Positions 49,684-59,123 of a stretch of DNA of 63,412 nucleotides are shown one piece after another. How positions within the stretch are numbered: position 1 is the first letter of the stretch; each line of letters starts with the position of its first letter. The stretch lies in assembly GCA_039588275.1 (NCBI GenBank), contig JBDHAC010000014.1, positions 1-63,412 of the forward strand. The letters run 5' to 3'. Source of the stretch: Gemmatimonadota bacterium. GTDB lineage: Bacteria; Gemmatimonadota; Gemmatimonadetes; Palauibacterales; Palauibacteraceae. The translations under genes and the position numbers were made by a program. The notes beneath the pieces were generated by a model. It was not told the DNA's origin. It did no database searches and saw only the letters and a list, made by a program, of their open reading frames with translations.

Positions 49684-51294
49684 TCAACCTGCGGGAAGGT
49701 GATCATCTTCCGCCAGACCCCACAGTTGCTCCCAACCGACCTCGCGACCCTGCACGAGCCGCGCGTCCACCTCCTCTTTCAGGCGATTCGCAACGGTGTC
49801 GCTAAGCATGCCCCTGCGAAATGCATCATCGATCGCCGTTCGGCCCGCTCGCAGGATGCGCTCGCTGGCTCGAGCGAGCTGTCGTGCGCGAATCAGGTCA
49901 TTCTCGCGGGCAGTGCGGCGAGCCGTCCCCGCCGCGTCCTCGAACGACCCTTCCAGACGTGCCTTGATCGCGGCATAGCTCCCCTCCTCGACCTCCCCGT
50001 CGCGATAGACGGCCTCGAGGGTCTGCAATTCGGCCCGCGTCGACCACACCCGACCCAGCGCCTCTTCGTACTCTCGCTCTTCGGCCCTGAGCCCGACGAG
50101 CCCGAGACGTCCGAGCAGCCCTTTCATGCTGGTGCCCTGGATCACCAGCGACAGAAACACGGCACCGAAGACCACCGCGATCAGCTGTGATCGGAGCTCG
50201 CCCGTCAGCAGTCCGGCGGTCGGCAACCCCAGGACGAGCGCGATCGGAATCGAACCGCGCACGCCGCCCCAGTTCACGACCGACAGCCAGCCGCGCGGGA
50301 GACGCCTTCCGCCCATGAGCCTGTCGAGGGTGAACGAGCCGCTCACGACGAGGGTGCGCGTCAGCACCATGAGCCCGAACGTGGCGACCGTGGCCAACCC
50401 GAAGGCCCACAAGCGACCGATGTCGAGCTCGAGCCCGATCAACAGAAACAAGAGCGAGTTCGCGATGAAGGCCGTCGCATCCCAGAAGTGCGACAGCGAG
50501 ATGCGCGTTGTCGGGCTCATCGAGAACATGCGGCCGTAGTTCCCGATGATGAGTCCCGCCACCACGACCGCGATCACCCCCGAAGTGTGGAGGCCGTCCG
50601 CGACCAGGTACACGCCGTACGCCAGGACCAGCGAGATCACGACTTCGATCAGGTGGTCGTCCAGCCGGCCCAGGATCCGGTGGGTCAGATAGCCCAGGCT
50701 GAAGCCCACGAGCGCGCCGCCCGCCACCTCACGCAGGAACTCCAGCACGCCTCCGGAGACCGTGACGGAGTGGCCCGTCGCGATATCCACGGCGATCAGG
50801 AAGAGCACGACCCCGATCCCGTCGTTGACGACCGATTCCCCTTCGACGAGGATCGAGAGCTCGTGCGACACCCCGTGCTCCTTGAAGATCGCCAGCACCG
50901 AGATCGGGTCGGTCGGACTGAGCATCACCCCCAGCAGGAGCGCGAGCTCGAGCGGAATCGGAGACCCGAGCCAACGGAAGAGCAGGTGGGCACCGAAGCC
51001 GAGTACGAGGGTGGAAACGATCGTGCCTGGCAGAGCCAGCAACAGGACGCGGCGCCAGTTACGCACTAGTAGCGCCAGGTCCATGTTGAGACACCCCTCG
51101 AACAGGAGGGGTGGCAGGAAGATGAAGAAGATCAGCTCGCGGGACAGCTCCAGCGGTCGCAGGCCACCGAACGCCCCCAGGACAAGCCCCACGAGCACGA
51201 GGGCGATGGTGTACGGGAGGTGAATGTACTTCGTGATCACGGCGACTATCACCGCGATCAGGAGCAGTTCGACGACCGGTGTTGGACCCGTCAC
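49684..51294 (-). CDS. CPA1-family Na+/H+ antiporter
   Basis: IFLPPLLFE, SPTDPISV, EGESVVNDG, WGGVRGSIPIAL; GGAGG RBS before GTG 51294. Confidence 0.9.
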   Translation of the reverse strand: MTGPTPVVELLLIAVIVAVITKYIHLPYTIALVLVGLVLGAFGGLRPLELSRELIFFIFLPPLLFEGCLNMDLALLVRNWRRVLLLALPGTIVSTLVLGFGAHLLFRWLGSPIPLELALLLGVMLSPTDPISVLAIFKEHGVSHELSILVEGESVVNDGIGVVLFLIAVDIATGHSVTVSGGVLEFLREVAGGALVGFSLGYLTHRILGRLDDHLIEVVISLVLAYGVYLVADGLHTSGVIAVVVAGLIIGNYGRMFSMSPTTRISLSHFWDATAFIANSLLFLLIGLELDIGRLWAFGLATVATFGLMVLTRTLVVSGSFTLDRLMGGRRLPRGWLSVVNWGGVRGSIPIALVLGLPTAGLLTGELRSQLIAVVFGAVFLSLVIQGTSMKGLLGRLGLVGLRAEEREYEEALGRVWSTRAELQTLEAVYRDGEVEEGSYAAIKARLEGSFEDAAGTARRTARENDLIRARQLARASERILRAGRTAIDDAFRRGMLSDTVANRLKEEVDARLVQGREVGWEQLWGLAEDDHLPAG

Positions 51295-51313
51295 CGTTCC
51301 TCCTGGTCTCGAA

Positions 51314-51368
51314 CTTCGACGCGACAAACCCGCGGCTTCGACGCGACAAACCCACGGCTTCGACGCGA
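51314..51368. repeat. 22-bp tandem repeat (2.5 copies) in a divergent promoter region
   Basis: cttcgacgcgacaaaccc(g/a)cgg x2 + cttcgacgcga. Confidence 0.85.
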
Positions 51369-51475
51369 GAGGTCCGCTTGCGCGGCGACATGATACGGCG
51401 TGGCGTGGGGTCAGAACAGCCGATATCATGCCAACGCACAGCCTTGGCGCGGGCCGCGAACCACGGCGGAGAGCC

Positions 51476-52471
51476 TTGAACGACGTAGCGATCCACCTGC
51501 GGGGCATCACCAAGCGCTTCGGGAAGAACACCGCCGTTCGCGACCTCGACCTCGAGGTCCCGCGGGGCTGTATCTACGGTCTTCTGGGACCGAACGGTGC
51601 CGGCAAGACGACCACGCTTCGCATCATCCTCGACATCATCGGGTCAGACGCGGGAGAGGTGATGGTCCTCGGCACGAACGCCGTCGAGGAGGTGCGACCG
51701 CGCATCGGATATCTGCCCGAAGAGCGCGGGCTCTACCCCAAGATGTCCGTCATCGAGCAACTCGTGTTCTTCGGGGAGCTGAAGGGGCTGAAACGTCAGG
51801 AGGCGCGGCGGGCGGCGCTGGCGGGACTCGAGCGCCTGGGGCTGACCGAGAGGGCTCGCGACAGGGTCGAGGCGCTCTCCAAGGGGATGCAGCAAAAGGT
51901 CCAGTTCCTGTGCACGATCCTCCACGCCCCCGAACTCCTGATCCTCGACGAGCCCTTCAGCGGGCTCGACCCGCTGAACGTGGACCTGCTGAAACAATTC
52001 GTGCTGGACCGCCAGCGGGACGGTGCCACGGTCCTCTTCTCTACGCACCTGATCGAGGACGCCGAGAGGCTGTGCGAGCGGGTATGCATGATCGCGGGCG
52101 CTACGAAAGTCCTCGACGGGCGGGTTTCGGATGTGAAGGCCGCGACCGGACGTCGTGAAGTCGCGATCGCGTTCGAAGGGGACGGAGGCTTCCTGGACGC
52201 TCCTTCGCTGGTGGAGCGCGTGAGCGATCACGGCCGGTATGTCGAGGTGCGGATGAAGGATGGCGCGGATCCCCAGGAGCTTCTAGGACGGGCGGTCGCG
52301 GGGGGAGTTCGCCTCTCGCGATTCGAGCTCGTCGAGCCTTCGTTGCGCGCGATCTTCCTCGAAAAGGCGACGGAGGCCGGTCTGAGCACGCGGGACGAGG
52401 AGGCCGGTCTGAGCAGGCGGGACGAGGAGGATGAGGAGGCCGAGGCGGCCCGGCAGGAGACGCCCGCATGA
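51476..52471 (+). CDS. ABC exporter ATP-binding protein (NatA/YhaQ-like)
   Basis: GPNGAGKTT, GYLPEERGLY, LSKGMQQK, ILDEPFSGLDP, FSTH; C-terminal EPSLRAIF. Confidence 0.9.
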   Translation: MNDVAIHLRGITKRFGKNTAVRDLDLEVPRGCIYGLLGPNGAGKTTTLRIILDIIGSDAGEVMVLGTNAVEEVRPRIGYLPEERGLYPKMSVIEQLVFFGELKGLKRQEARRAALAGLERLGLTERARDRVEALSKGMQQKVQFLCTILHAPELLILDEPFSGLDPLNVDLLKQFVLDRQRDGATVLFSTHLIEDAERLCERVCMIAGATKVLDGRVSDVKAATGRREVAIAFEGDGGFLDAPSLVERVSDHGRYVEVRMKDGADPQELLGRAVAGGVRLSRFELVEPSLRAIFLEKATEAGLSTRDEEAGLSRRDEEDEEAEAARQETPA

Positions 52472-53775
52472 ACCCGCTGACGGCCAAGGTGCGTGCGATC
52501 GTGCGCCGCGAGTACCTGCAACGCGTCCGATCGAGATGGTTCCTGCTGTCGACGCTCGGGATCCCTCTGCTGTTCATCGGAATCGGCGTACTGGCCGGCT
52601 TCCTGGCCCTGGACTCGGAAACCGCATTCGAGACGCACTCGTTGGGCGTCGTCGATCGGACGGAGCGGCTGGGTGCGCACGTCGTCGAGGAGCTGCTGCA
52701 GGATTCGATTCTGGCTAGCGAGGCGCACGGCCTCGAGGGAACGAGCGAGGAGGCGGTGCGGGAGCGCCTCCTGGACTCCGCGTACGATCTGTTCCTGGTT
52801 CTTCCACCGGGGATCCTCGAGTCCGCCGCGGAGCCGGGCGCCGGCCTCGAGGAACGACCCCCGGAGATAAGGCTCCTGTCGCGCGACAACGTCGGCACGG
52901 CCGTGCAGCGCACGATCCGCCAGGGCGTGAACCGAGCATTGGTCCGCTCGCGTCTGCTCGACGCCGGCGTCGAGGGCATCGACCCCGCGATTCTCCTGCA
53001 GAGCGCGCGGCTGGAGGTGGTGAACGTCACGGAGGAAGGGGTCGCTCGCTCGCAGGAGATGTTCGAGGTGATCAGCTTCCTCCTGGCGCTGGTCTTCTAC
53101 GCCGCGCTGATCGTATACGGGCAGATGATGATCCGCTCGATCGTGGAGGAGAAGACCTCTGATGTGGTCGAGGTGATGGTCTCCTCGGTGCGTCCCTGGG
53201 AGCTCATGCTCGGGAAGATCATCGGGGTCGGAGCGGTGGGTATCACGCAGCTCCTGATCTGGGGCGTCGTCATGGGCGTCGCGATCTTTCTCGGGCTGAC
53301 CGCGGGCGCCTCGGCGCTCGCCGAAGCGGGCGTTGACCTATCGGCGGCTCAGGTGCCGTGGGGGGTTGTCGGGTTGATCGTGACGTTCCTCATCCTCGGC
53401 TACCTGCTGTACGCCGGCATGTTCGCGGGGGGCGGAGCCACCATGGGATCCGAGCAGGACGCGCAGCAGGTGGCGATGCCGATCATCATGCTCATCATCG
53501 TCCCCTTCGTCGCGGCGCAACCGCTGATCGCGAGCCCTAACGCGGTCTGGGCCGTCGTCATGTCGCTGGTCCCGTTCTTCAGCCCCATCCTCATGCCTTC
53601 CCGACTCCTGGTGTCGTCCGTCCCGGCCGTGCAGGTCGCCGCCGCGGTCGTGCTTCTGGTGCTGTGCATTCTCGGCGTCGCCTGGGTCGCGGGGCGCATC
53701 TATCGAGTCGGAATCCTCATCAAAGGCCAGCGGGCAAACCTCCCGGAGATCATCAGGTGGGTGCGACACGGCTGA
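52468..53775 (+). CDS. ABC-2 type permease (NatB/YhaP-like)
   Basis: REYLQRVRSR, SIVEEKTSDVVEVMVSSV, LMLGKIIG, AGRIYRVGIL; ATGA overlap. Confidence 0.9.
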   Translation: MNPLTAKVRAIVRREYLQRVRSRWFLLSTLGIPLLFIGIGVLAGFLALDSETAFETHSLGVVDRTERLGAHVVEELLQDSILASEAHGLEGTSEEAVRERLLDSAYDLFLVLPPGILESAAEPGAGLEERPPEIRLLSRDNVGTAVQRTIRQGVNRALVRSRLLDAGVEGIDPAILLQSARLEVVNVTEEGVARSQEMFEVISFLLALVFYAALIVYGQMMIRSIVEEKTSDVVEVMVSSVRPWELMLGKIIGVGAVGITQLLIWGVVMGVAIFLGLTAGASALAEAGVDLSAAQVPWGVVGLIVTFLILGYLLYAGMFAGGGATMGSEQDAQQVAMPIIMLIIVPFVAAQPLIASPNAVWAVVMSLVPFFSPILMPSRLLVSSVPAVQVAAAVVLLVLCILGVAWVAGRIYRVGILIKGQRANLPEIIRWVRHG

Positions 53776-54650
53776 CCTGGATACGGGCCCTGGGTCTCGC
53801 CCTCGCCCTTGTAGGCGGCGGCATCGCCACCGGCTGCGGCGAACGCGGGGAGGTGATCATGCTGGGCGCCACGACCTCCACGTACGACTCCGGCTTGCTG
53901 GATTCTCTCATCGCGCGCTTCTGGAGCGCGCGACCCGGCTACCAGGTGCGGCCGATCGTCGTCGGGAGCGGGCAAGCCCTGGAGCTCGGAAGACGCGGTG
54001 ACGTAGACGTGCTGCTCGTGCACGCGCCACAGGCCGAAGACCGCTTCATGGCCGATGGGCACGGGGTCGATCGCGTGCCGCTCATGTACAACGACTTCGT
54101 GCTCGCCGGGCCACCCGAGGATCCGGCCGCAGTTCGAGGGATGAGTGAGGCGACGCGGGCCCTGGCCGCGATCGCGGCCATCAACGCCGAGTTCGTGTCG
54201 CGGGGGGACGGCTCGGGAACGCACGAGCGCGAGGCCGGGCTGTGGGAGGCCGCCGGCATCTCTCCGGCGGGCGATTGGTACGTCGTCTCCGGCCAGGGAC
54301 AGGGGACCTCGCTCCAACTGGCCGGCGAGCTCGGCGCCTACACGCTGGTGGATCGTGCCACCTTCACGATGTTGCGACCGCTCCTGCGTCTGGAACCGCT
54401 GCTTCAGGGAGATCCGGCGCTGGTGAACCTCTACTCGGTGATTGTCGCCAGCCGTGCCGCGCATCCCGCCGCCGCGCGGGTCTTCGCGGACTGGCTCACC
54501 TCCGAAGAGGGACGACTCGCGATCGCGAGCTTCGGGTCCGACGCCGAGGGCGTCCCGCTGTTCACGCCGCTGGTGGTAGGACGGACGCTTCCGGTTCCTG
54601 CCGTCGTTCCCGAGCGGGTCGCTTCGGAGTCGGTAACGCCCGGCCCGTAG
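53757..54650 (+). CDS. tupA: Tungstate (TupA-like) ABC substrate-binding lipoprotein
   Basis: ATTSTYDSGLL, GSGQAL..GDVDVLLVHAP, MYNDFV..GP, FVSRGDGSGTHERE; ATGC lipobox. Start uncertain. Confidence 0.8.
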   Translation: MGATRLTWIRALGLALALVGGGIATGCGERGEVIMLGATTSTYDSGLLDSLIARFWSARPGYQVRPIVVGSGQALELGRRGDVDVLLVHAPQAEDRFMADGHGVDRVPLMYNDFVLAGPPEDPAAVRGMSEATRALAAIAAINAEFVSRGDGSGTHEREAGLWEAAGISPAGDWYVVSGQGQGTSLQLAGELGAYTLVDRATFTMLRPLLRLEPLLQGDPALVNLYSVIVASRAAHPAAARVFADWLTSEEGRLAIASFGSDAEGVPLFTPLVVGRTLPVPAVVPERVASESVTPGP

Positions 54651-54802
54651 TCACGGCGGAGCGTTCATCAGCCCGGAGCGAGTCGGTGGCACGCTTGAAC
54701 CCGTGCCGAACTCGCCTTCTATTACGCGTTCAGCCGCAGGCAGGCCGCTGACCGGAGTTCTTCAGCGGTCTGCTAGATCATCTCCGGCCGTTTCGAGGCG
54801 CC

Positions 54803-55501
54803 GTGGATCCTCTTCTCGAAGCCTTTCGGCTCATCGTGTCGGGCGACCTGGAAGTATGGCGGGTCATCCTCCGGTCGGCACAGATCAGCGGTTCTGCGTT
54901 GCTGATCGCGGTACTGATCGGGCTCCCGATCGGCGCCGCAGTCGGGCTGTCGCACTTCAGGTTCCGGGGTCCGACCGTCGCGTTGATCAACACGGGGCTC
55001 GCGCTGCCGCCGGTGGTCGTGGGACTGGTCGTCTTTCTGCTCCTCTCGCGATCCGGTCCGTTGGGCCAGCTGGAGCTGCTCTACTCACCCGTAGCGATGG
55101 TCTTCGCGCAGGTCATCATCGCCGGTCCGTACATCGCCGCCGTGACGCTGGCCGCGACGGAATCCGTACCCGACGACGTACGACTCCAGGCGCGGGCGCT
55201 GGGGGCAGGCCGCATCCGGGCGCTTCTTCTGCAACTGCGCGAGGTGCGCACGTCTCTGGTGGCGGCGGTGGCGGCCGGGTTCGGCGCCATCATCAGCGAG
55301 GTCGGCGCCGTAATGATCGTCGGGGGCAACATCCTGGGCGAGACGCGCGTCATGACGACCGCGATCGTCCTCGAGACACAGCGGGGAAACTTCGCGGCCG
55401 CGATCGCCTTCGGAATCGTGTTGCTGTTGGCGGCGTTCTACATCAACGCGCTCCTGTTGCTACTCGGGTGGCGCGCCACTCGCAGACCCCTGCCGGCCTG
55501 A
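54803..55501 (+). CDS. tupB: Tungstate ABC permease
   Basis: LPPVVVGL, GPLGQLELLYSP, ISEVGAVMIVGGNI..TRVMTTAIVLET. Confidence 0.85.
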   Translation: MDPLLEAFRLIVSGDLEVWRVILRSAQISGSALLIAVLIGLPIGAAVGLSHFRFRGPTVALINTGLALPPVVVGLVVFLLLSRSGPLGQLELLYSPVAMVFAQVIIAGPYIAAVTLAATESVPDDVRLQARALGAGRIRALLLQLREVRTSLVAAVAAGFGAIISEVGAVMIVGGNILGETRVMTTAIVLETQRGNFAAAIAFGIVLLLAAFYINALLLLLGWRATRRPLPA

Positions 55502-55508
55502 GCCGTCC

Positions 55509-56732
55509 GTGGACACCGAACTCCTCGTCGGCGAGCGCATCCGCCACTCCTACGGGGGCAAGACCGTCCTGGATCTGGAGCGGATCGCGCTGCGGCCGGG
55601 CGAGCTCCTCGCGGTGCTCGGGCCCAACGGCGCAGGCAAATCGACGCTGCTGAGGGTCCTCGCCATGCTGGAGGAGCCCACGTCCGGGCGCGTCACCTTT
55701 CACGGGCGCTCGGGAAAGCCGGCCGAGCAGGGCCTCCGGGCCAAATCGGCGGCGGTCTTCCAGCGCCCGCACTTTTGGCGAGGCAAGGTCAGCTACAACG
55801 TCGGGCTCGGCCTGAGCTTTCGACGCGTCCCCGTGCCCGATGCGAAGGCTCGCGTGACACGCATCTGCGAGCTGCTCAAGATCGATCACCTACTGAATGC
55901 CGACATCGACACCCTCTCGGGCGGAGAGGCGCAGCGAGTGGCACTCGCCCGTGCGCTCGTTCTACGGCCCGAGATCCTCTTTCTGGATGAGCCGACCGCC
56001 AACCTGGACACGGCAGCCAGGGCCGGCTTCCGACAGGATCTGGAGAGGGTCGCGCGTCAGCGAGCGGGCAGCGTGCTGCTCATCACCCATGACCGCAACG
56101 AGGCGTTCACGCTCGCGGATCGCATCGCGGTCCTGGTCGACGGACGACTGGCGCAGCTCGGGACCGCGACGGAGCTGTACGAGAACCCCGTAGATCCCTA
56201 CATCGCGAAAGTCACCGGGGCCGAGCTCTCGCTTCGGGGCCGGGTGCTGCGGGCCGAGGGACGCACGCTGCTGGTGGACGTGGACGGGACCCAGCTGTCG
56301 ACCGTAGGCCACGCTGGGGAAGGTGCGATGGTGAAGGTCGCGTACCGACCCGAAGACCTGATTCTCTCCTCACCCGATCTGGCGATCGGCGAGATCAGCA
56401 CCCGAAACCTCTTCTTCGCGACGGTGCGCGAGCGCCGGGACATCGGAGGCCTCGTACGGCTTCGGCTGGTCGGCCCGCCTGAAGTCGTGGCGGTCGTGAC
56501 GCGAAGCGCAGCCGAGGAACTGGATCTGCATCCGAGTGCCCGCGTCTCGGTGCGCATCAAGGCCACGGCGCTCCACACGTACCCGGCCGGCGAGCGCGAG
56601 GGGGGCTTCGAGAGCAGCGAGCCGGAAGCGGATCGCGAGGCAGCGTCGGGAGTAACGGCGACCGAGAGCGGCGAGCCGGAGCGGCGGCAACCTGCCGAGG
56701 TCGTGGGCGACCCACCCGGGCGGACGGGTTAG
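55509..56732 (+). CDS. tupC: Tungstate/molybdate ABC ATP-binding protein with C-terminal TOBE domains
   Basis: GPNGAGKST, LSGGEAQRVALARAL, LDEPTANLD; STRN..VTRSAAEELDL..IKATA TOBE motif. Confidence 0.75.
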   Translation: MDTELLVGERIRHSYGGKTVLDLERIALRPGELLAVLGPNGAGKSTLLRVLAMLEEPTSGRVTFHGRSGKPAEQGLRAKSAAVFQRPHFWRGKVSYNVGLGLSFRRVPVPDAKARVTRICELLKIDHLLNADIDTLSGGEAQRVALARALVLRPEILFLDEPTANLDTAARAGFRQDLERVARQRAGSVLLITHDRNEAFTLADRIAVLVDGRLAQLGTATELYENPVDPYIAKVTGAELSLRGRVLRAEGRTLLVDVDGTQLSTVGHAGEGAMVKVAYRPEDLILSSPDLAIGEISTRNLFFATVRERRDIGGLVRLRLVGPPEVVAVVTRSAAEELDLHPSARVSVRIKATALHTYPAGEREGGFESSEPEADREAASGVTATESGEPERRQPAEVVGDPPGRTG

Positions 56733-56799
56733 CCGGTCCGGGCTGGGGTCGTACCTCATATCAACCCTCCCATGCGGAGACGGTCATCGGAGGCCGGCG

Positions 56800-57309
56800 A
56801 TGCGACGGCGGCGCGTTGCTCTCACCCTTGTGGTAACGCTGGCGCTCGTCTCGTGCGCCTCACTGGGGCTCGAGAACGTGATCCAGCCGCCTCGCTTCGC
56901 CGAGGTCGACGGGCGGAGCGCCCAGCTGCGGCTGTTGCTCCCTTCCGCGGAGCGGCCGGCGGGGGGCGCAGCGGTTCGACTCTGGACTCGCGTCACCAAC
57001 CCGAATGCTATCTCGCTCACGCTTACCCAGTTGACTGGTGATCTATTCATCGGCGAGGCCGGGGCCGTGCAGGTCGACTTTCCCGTCGGGCTCCCACTTC
57101 TTGCGGAGCAAGACTCGATCGTGCCGCTCGATGTGTCGCTCGGCTTCGACGATCTCCCGCAGCTGGGCGAGGCCGCTCTCGCGGCGCTCCGCTCGGGTAC
57201 GATGGACTACCGACTCGAGGCGCTCATCGGTGTGGACGCTGGAATGCTCGGCCAGCCCACGTTCGGGCCGAACATCATCCTCCAGGGGACTCTGCGCGTG
57301 ATCCGATAG
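56800..57309 (+). CDS. LEA type 2 (WHy) family lipoprotein
   Basis: MRRRR + hydrophobic stretch + LVSC; VTNPN motif. Confidence 0.75.
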   Translation: MRRRRVALTLVVTLALVSCASLGLENVIQPPRFAEVDGRSAQLRLLLPSAERPAGGAAVRLWTRVTNPNAISLTLTQLTGDLFIGEAGAVQVDFPVGLPLLAEQDSIVPLDVSLGFDDLPQLGEAALAALRSGTMDYRLEALIGVDAGMLGQPTFGPNIILQGTLRVIR

Positions 57310-57376
57310 TCGCGGACGCGCCCGCTCCAGCCGGCCACGCCACGCCACGCCACGGGTCGGCCCGCTCGAAAACTCG

Positions 57377-58993
57377 TTAGCGATCAGCGAGGTCGAACAG
57401 AAACGCGGACGCCCCGGGGGCCACCACCCGATCCACCTCGCGGCCCGCTCGCTCCAGCCTGGCGAGGATCGTTCGTTTCTCCGCCACACCCCATGTCCAC
57501 CACTCGTGCGCGAATACCACCCACACGCGTGAGTCGTTGCCGAGTGCGTCCAGGTCCTCGTCCAGCTCCGCCTCGCCTTCCGGACCATACAACCGACCGC
57601 GATGAATGGCGGATGCGCTCGGCCGACAACTCTGGCAGTAGCGGCTGTAGAACTCGAACGCGTGCCTCACGCCGCTATGCAGATAGAGGACCTCGTCGGC
57701 CCGCGCGTGCTCCGTCACGTACTGCAATACCGGTCGAGACTCTTCGCGGAACGGCGCGCGGAGCCAACCGACCAATACGATCGCGCTCAGGGAGCACATG
57801 GCTACCGCCATCGCTGAGCTGGTGCGCGACACCGCGGTCATCCACTCCGCCGCACGGCGCGCTCCAAGTCCCCAGAGTCCCTCGATTCCGAATGCCATCA
57901 ACAGGATGCTGGGCGGCACGAGGAACTGGATGAGGCGGCCCCTGAACGGGTAAAGCGACAGAGCCGCGGCCAGCAGGGCCAGCGCGATCGGCGCCCCGAG
58001 GAGCAGCAGGACGGGTCGCCGCGCCCTCGCGAGGTAAACGACGCCCGCGAGCAGGAAGGCACCCCCCAGGACATCGGCGACGGCCCGCGTGGCCCCCATC
58101 CGCTCGGTGAAGTCGTAGGTGTTCCGGATCAGGTCCCCGAACGCCTGCCCGAACCACGCCCATTCCGCCGCGCTGCGTGGCGGAATGGGCATGAATCCCT
58201 CGATCCAGAAGCGCTGCATGAGCCCGCCCTGGGATGCCTCGCTCGCAGTGAGGAAGAAGGCGGCGACGAAGCTCACGGTCCACGCCACCGAGACCAGGAG
58301 GGGCCCTCGGGAGGCGCCATCGTCCGACGGGGTTCCGGCACGACGCCGCTCCAGCACGACATAGGCGAGGGCCGCAGGCAGCGTGAGCACGAGCGGGTGA
58401 GAGAACCAGACGCCGATCGTGCCCGCCACCGCGAGTGCTTTCAGCCGGTCGCCGCGCACGTCTCTCCCCGCGGCGGCGGTCCCGGCCGGACCCGCGTCGG
58501 CCGCGGCGGCGTGGTGTGCGAGAAGGAGGATCAGGACTGCCCACAGCACGTCGAAGGAGTACTGCTTCACCTCGGCCGCGAAGTACACCTGCGAAGTCGA
58601 GAGGGATAACAGGAGAATCGCTACGAGCGCTGCGTGGGGCGACAGGAGGCGACGAGCCAACACGGCGAACAGGAAGAGAGCCGCGATCGCGGCGATCAGG
58701 GGGAAGAGCCGCAGAGCCATCTCGCCGACGCCCAGCAGGGTGACCGCCAGCTTCTCCATCCACAGAAAGCCGAGGGGGGCCGCCTGATTGAACGCGAGCG
58801 GATCGAGGAGGCCCGCGAACGAACGCTCACCGATGTTGAGCGCGAGCATCGCCTCGTCCAGCCACAGCGAGCGGTTCGCGAAGTAGTGCGCCGTCCGCGC
58901 GGCGACGCCGAGGGTCAGAACTCCGAAGATGAGCGGGCTAAGGCGCCCATGGCGCGGGGCGGAGACCGAGTCCGGCGGCGAAGGGAGTTTCAC
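57377..58993 (-). CDS. GT-C fold (GT39/PMT_2-like) membrane glycosyltransferase
   Basis: NRSLWLDEA, QAAPLGF, GEMALRLFPL, EVKQYS; many TM helices. Start uncertain. Confidence 0.75.
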   Translation of the reverse strand: MKLPSPPDSVSAPRHGRLSPLIFGVLTLGVAARTAHYFANRSLWLDEAMLALNIGERSFAGLLDPLAFNQAAPLGFLWMEKLAVTLLGVGEMALRLFPLIAAIAALFLFAVLARRLLSPHAALVAILLLSLSTSQVYFAAEVKQYSFDVLWAVLILLLAHHAAAADAGPAGTAAAGRDVRGDRLKALAVAGTIGVWFSHPLVLTLPAALAYVVLERRRAGTPSDDGASRGPLLVSVAWTVSFVAAFFLTASEASQGGLMQRFWIEGFMPIPPRSAAEWAWFGQAFGDLIRNTYDFTERMGATRAVADVLGGAFLLAGVVYLARARRPVLLLLGAPIALALLAAALSLYPFRGRLIQFLVPPSILLMAFGIEGLWGLGARRAAEWMTAVSRTSSAMAVAMCSLSAIVLVGWLRAPFREESRPVLQYVTEHARADEVLYLHSGVRHAFEFYSRYCQSCRPSASAIHRGRLYGPEGEAELDEDLDALGNDSRVWVVFAHEWWTWGVAEKRTILARLERAGREVDRVVAPGASAFLFDLADR

Positions 58994-59004
58994 CTCGGAC
59001 AAGT

Positions 59005-59100
59005 AGCGGCGTGGTGTGGACGCGCGCCAGCGGCGTGGTGTGGACGCGCGCCAGCGGCGTGGTGTGGACGCGCGCCAGCGGCGTGGCGTGGACGCGCGTC
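59005..59100. repeat. 24-bp tandem repeat x4, intergenic
   Basis: agcggcgtggtgtggacgcgcgcc x3 plus agcggcgtggcgtggacgcgcgtc. Confidence 0.92.
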
Positions 59101-59123
59101 GGCAGGGCGACGCGTCGCCGCGG

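Noticed and set aside
59005..59100. CRISPR array
   Set aside because: Repeats are directly adjacent with no unique spacers, and no cas genes are present.
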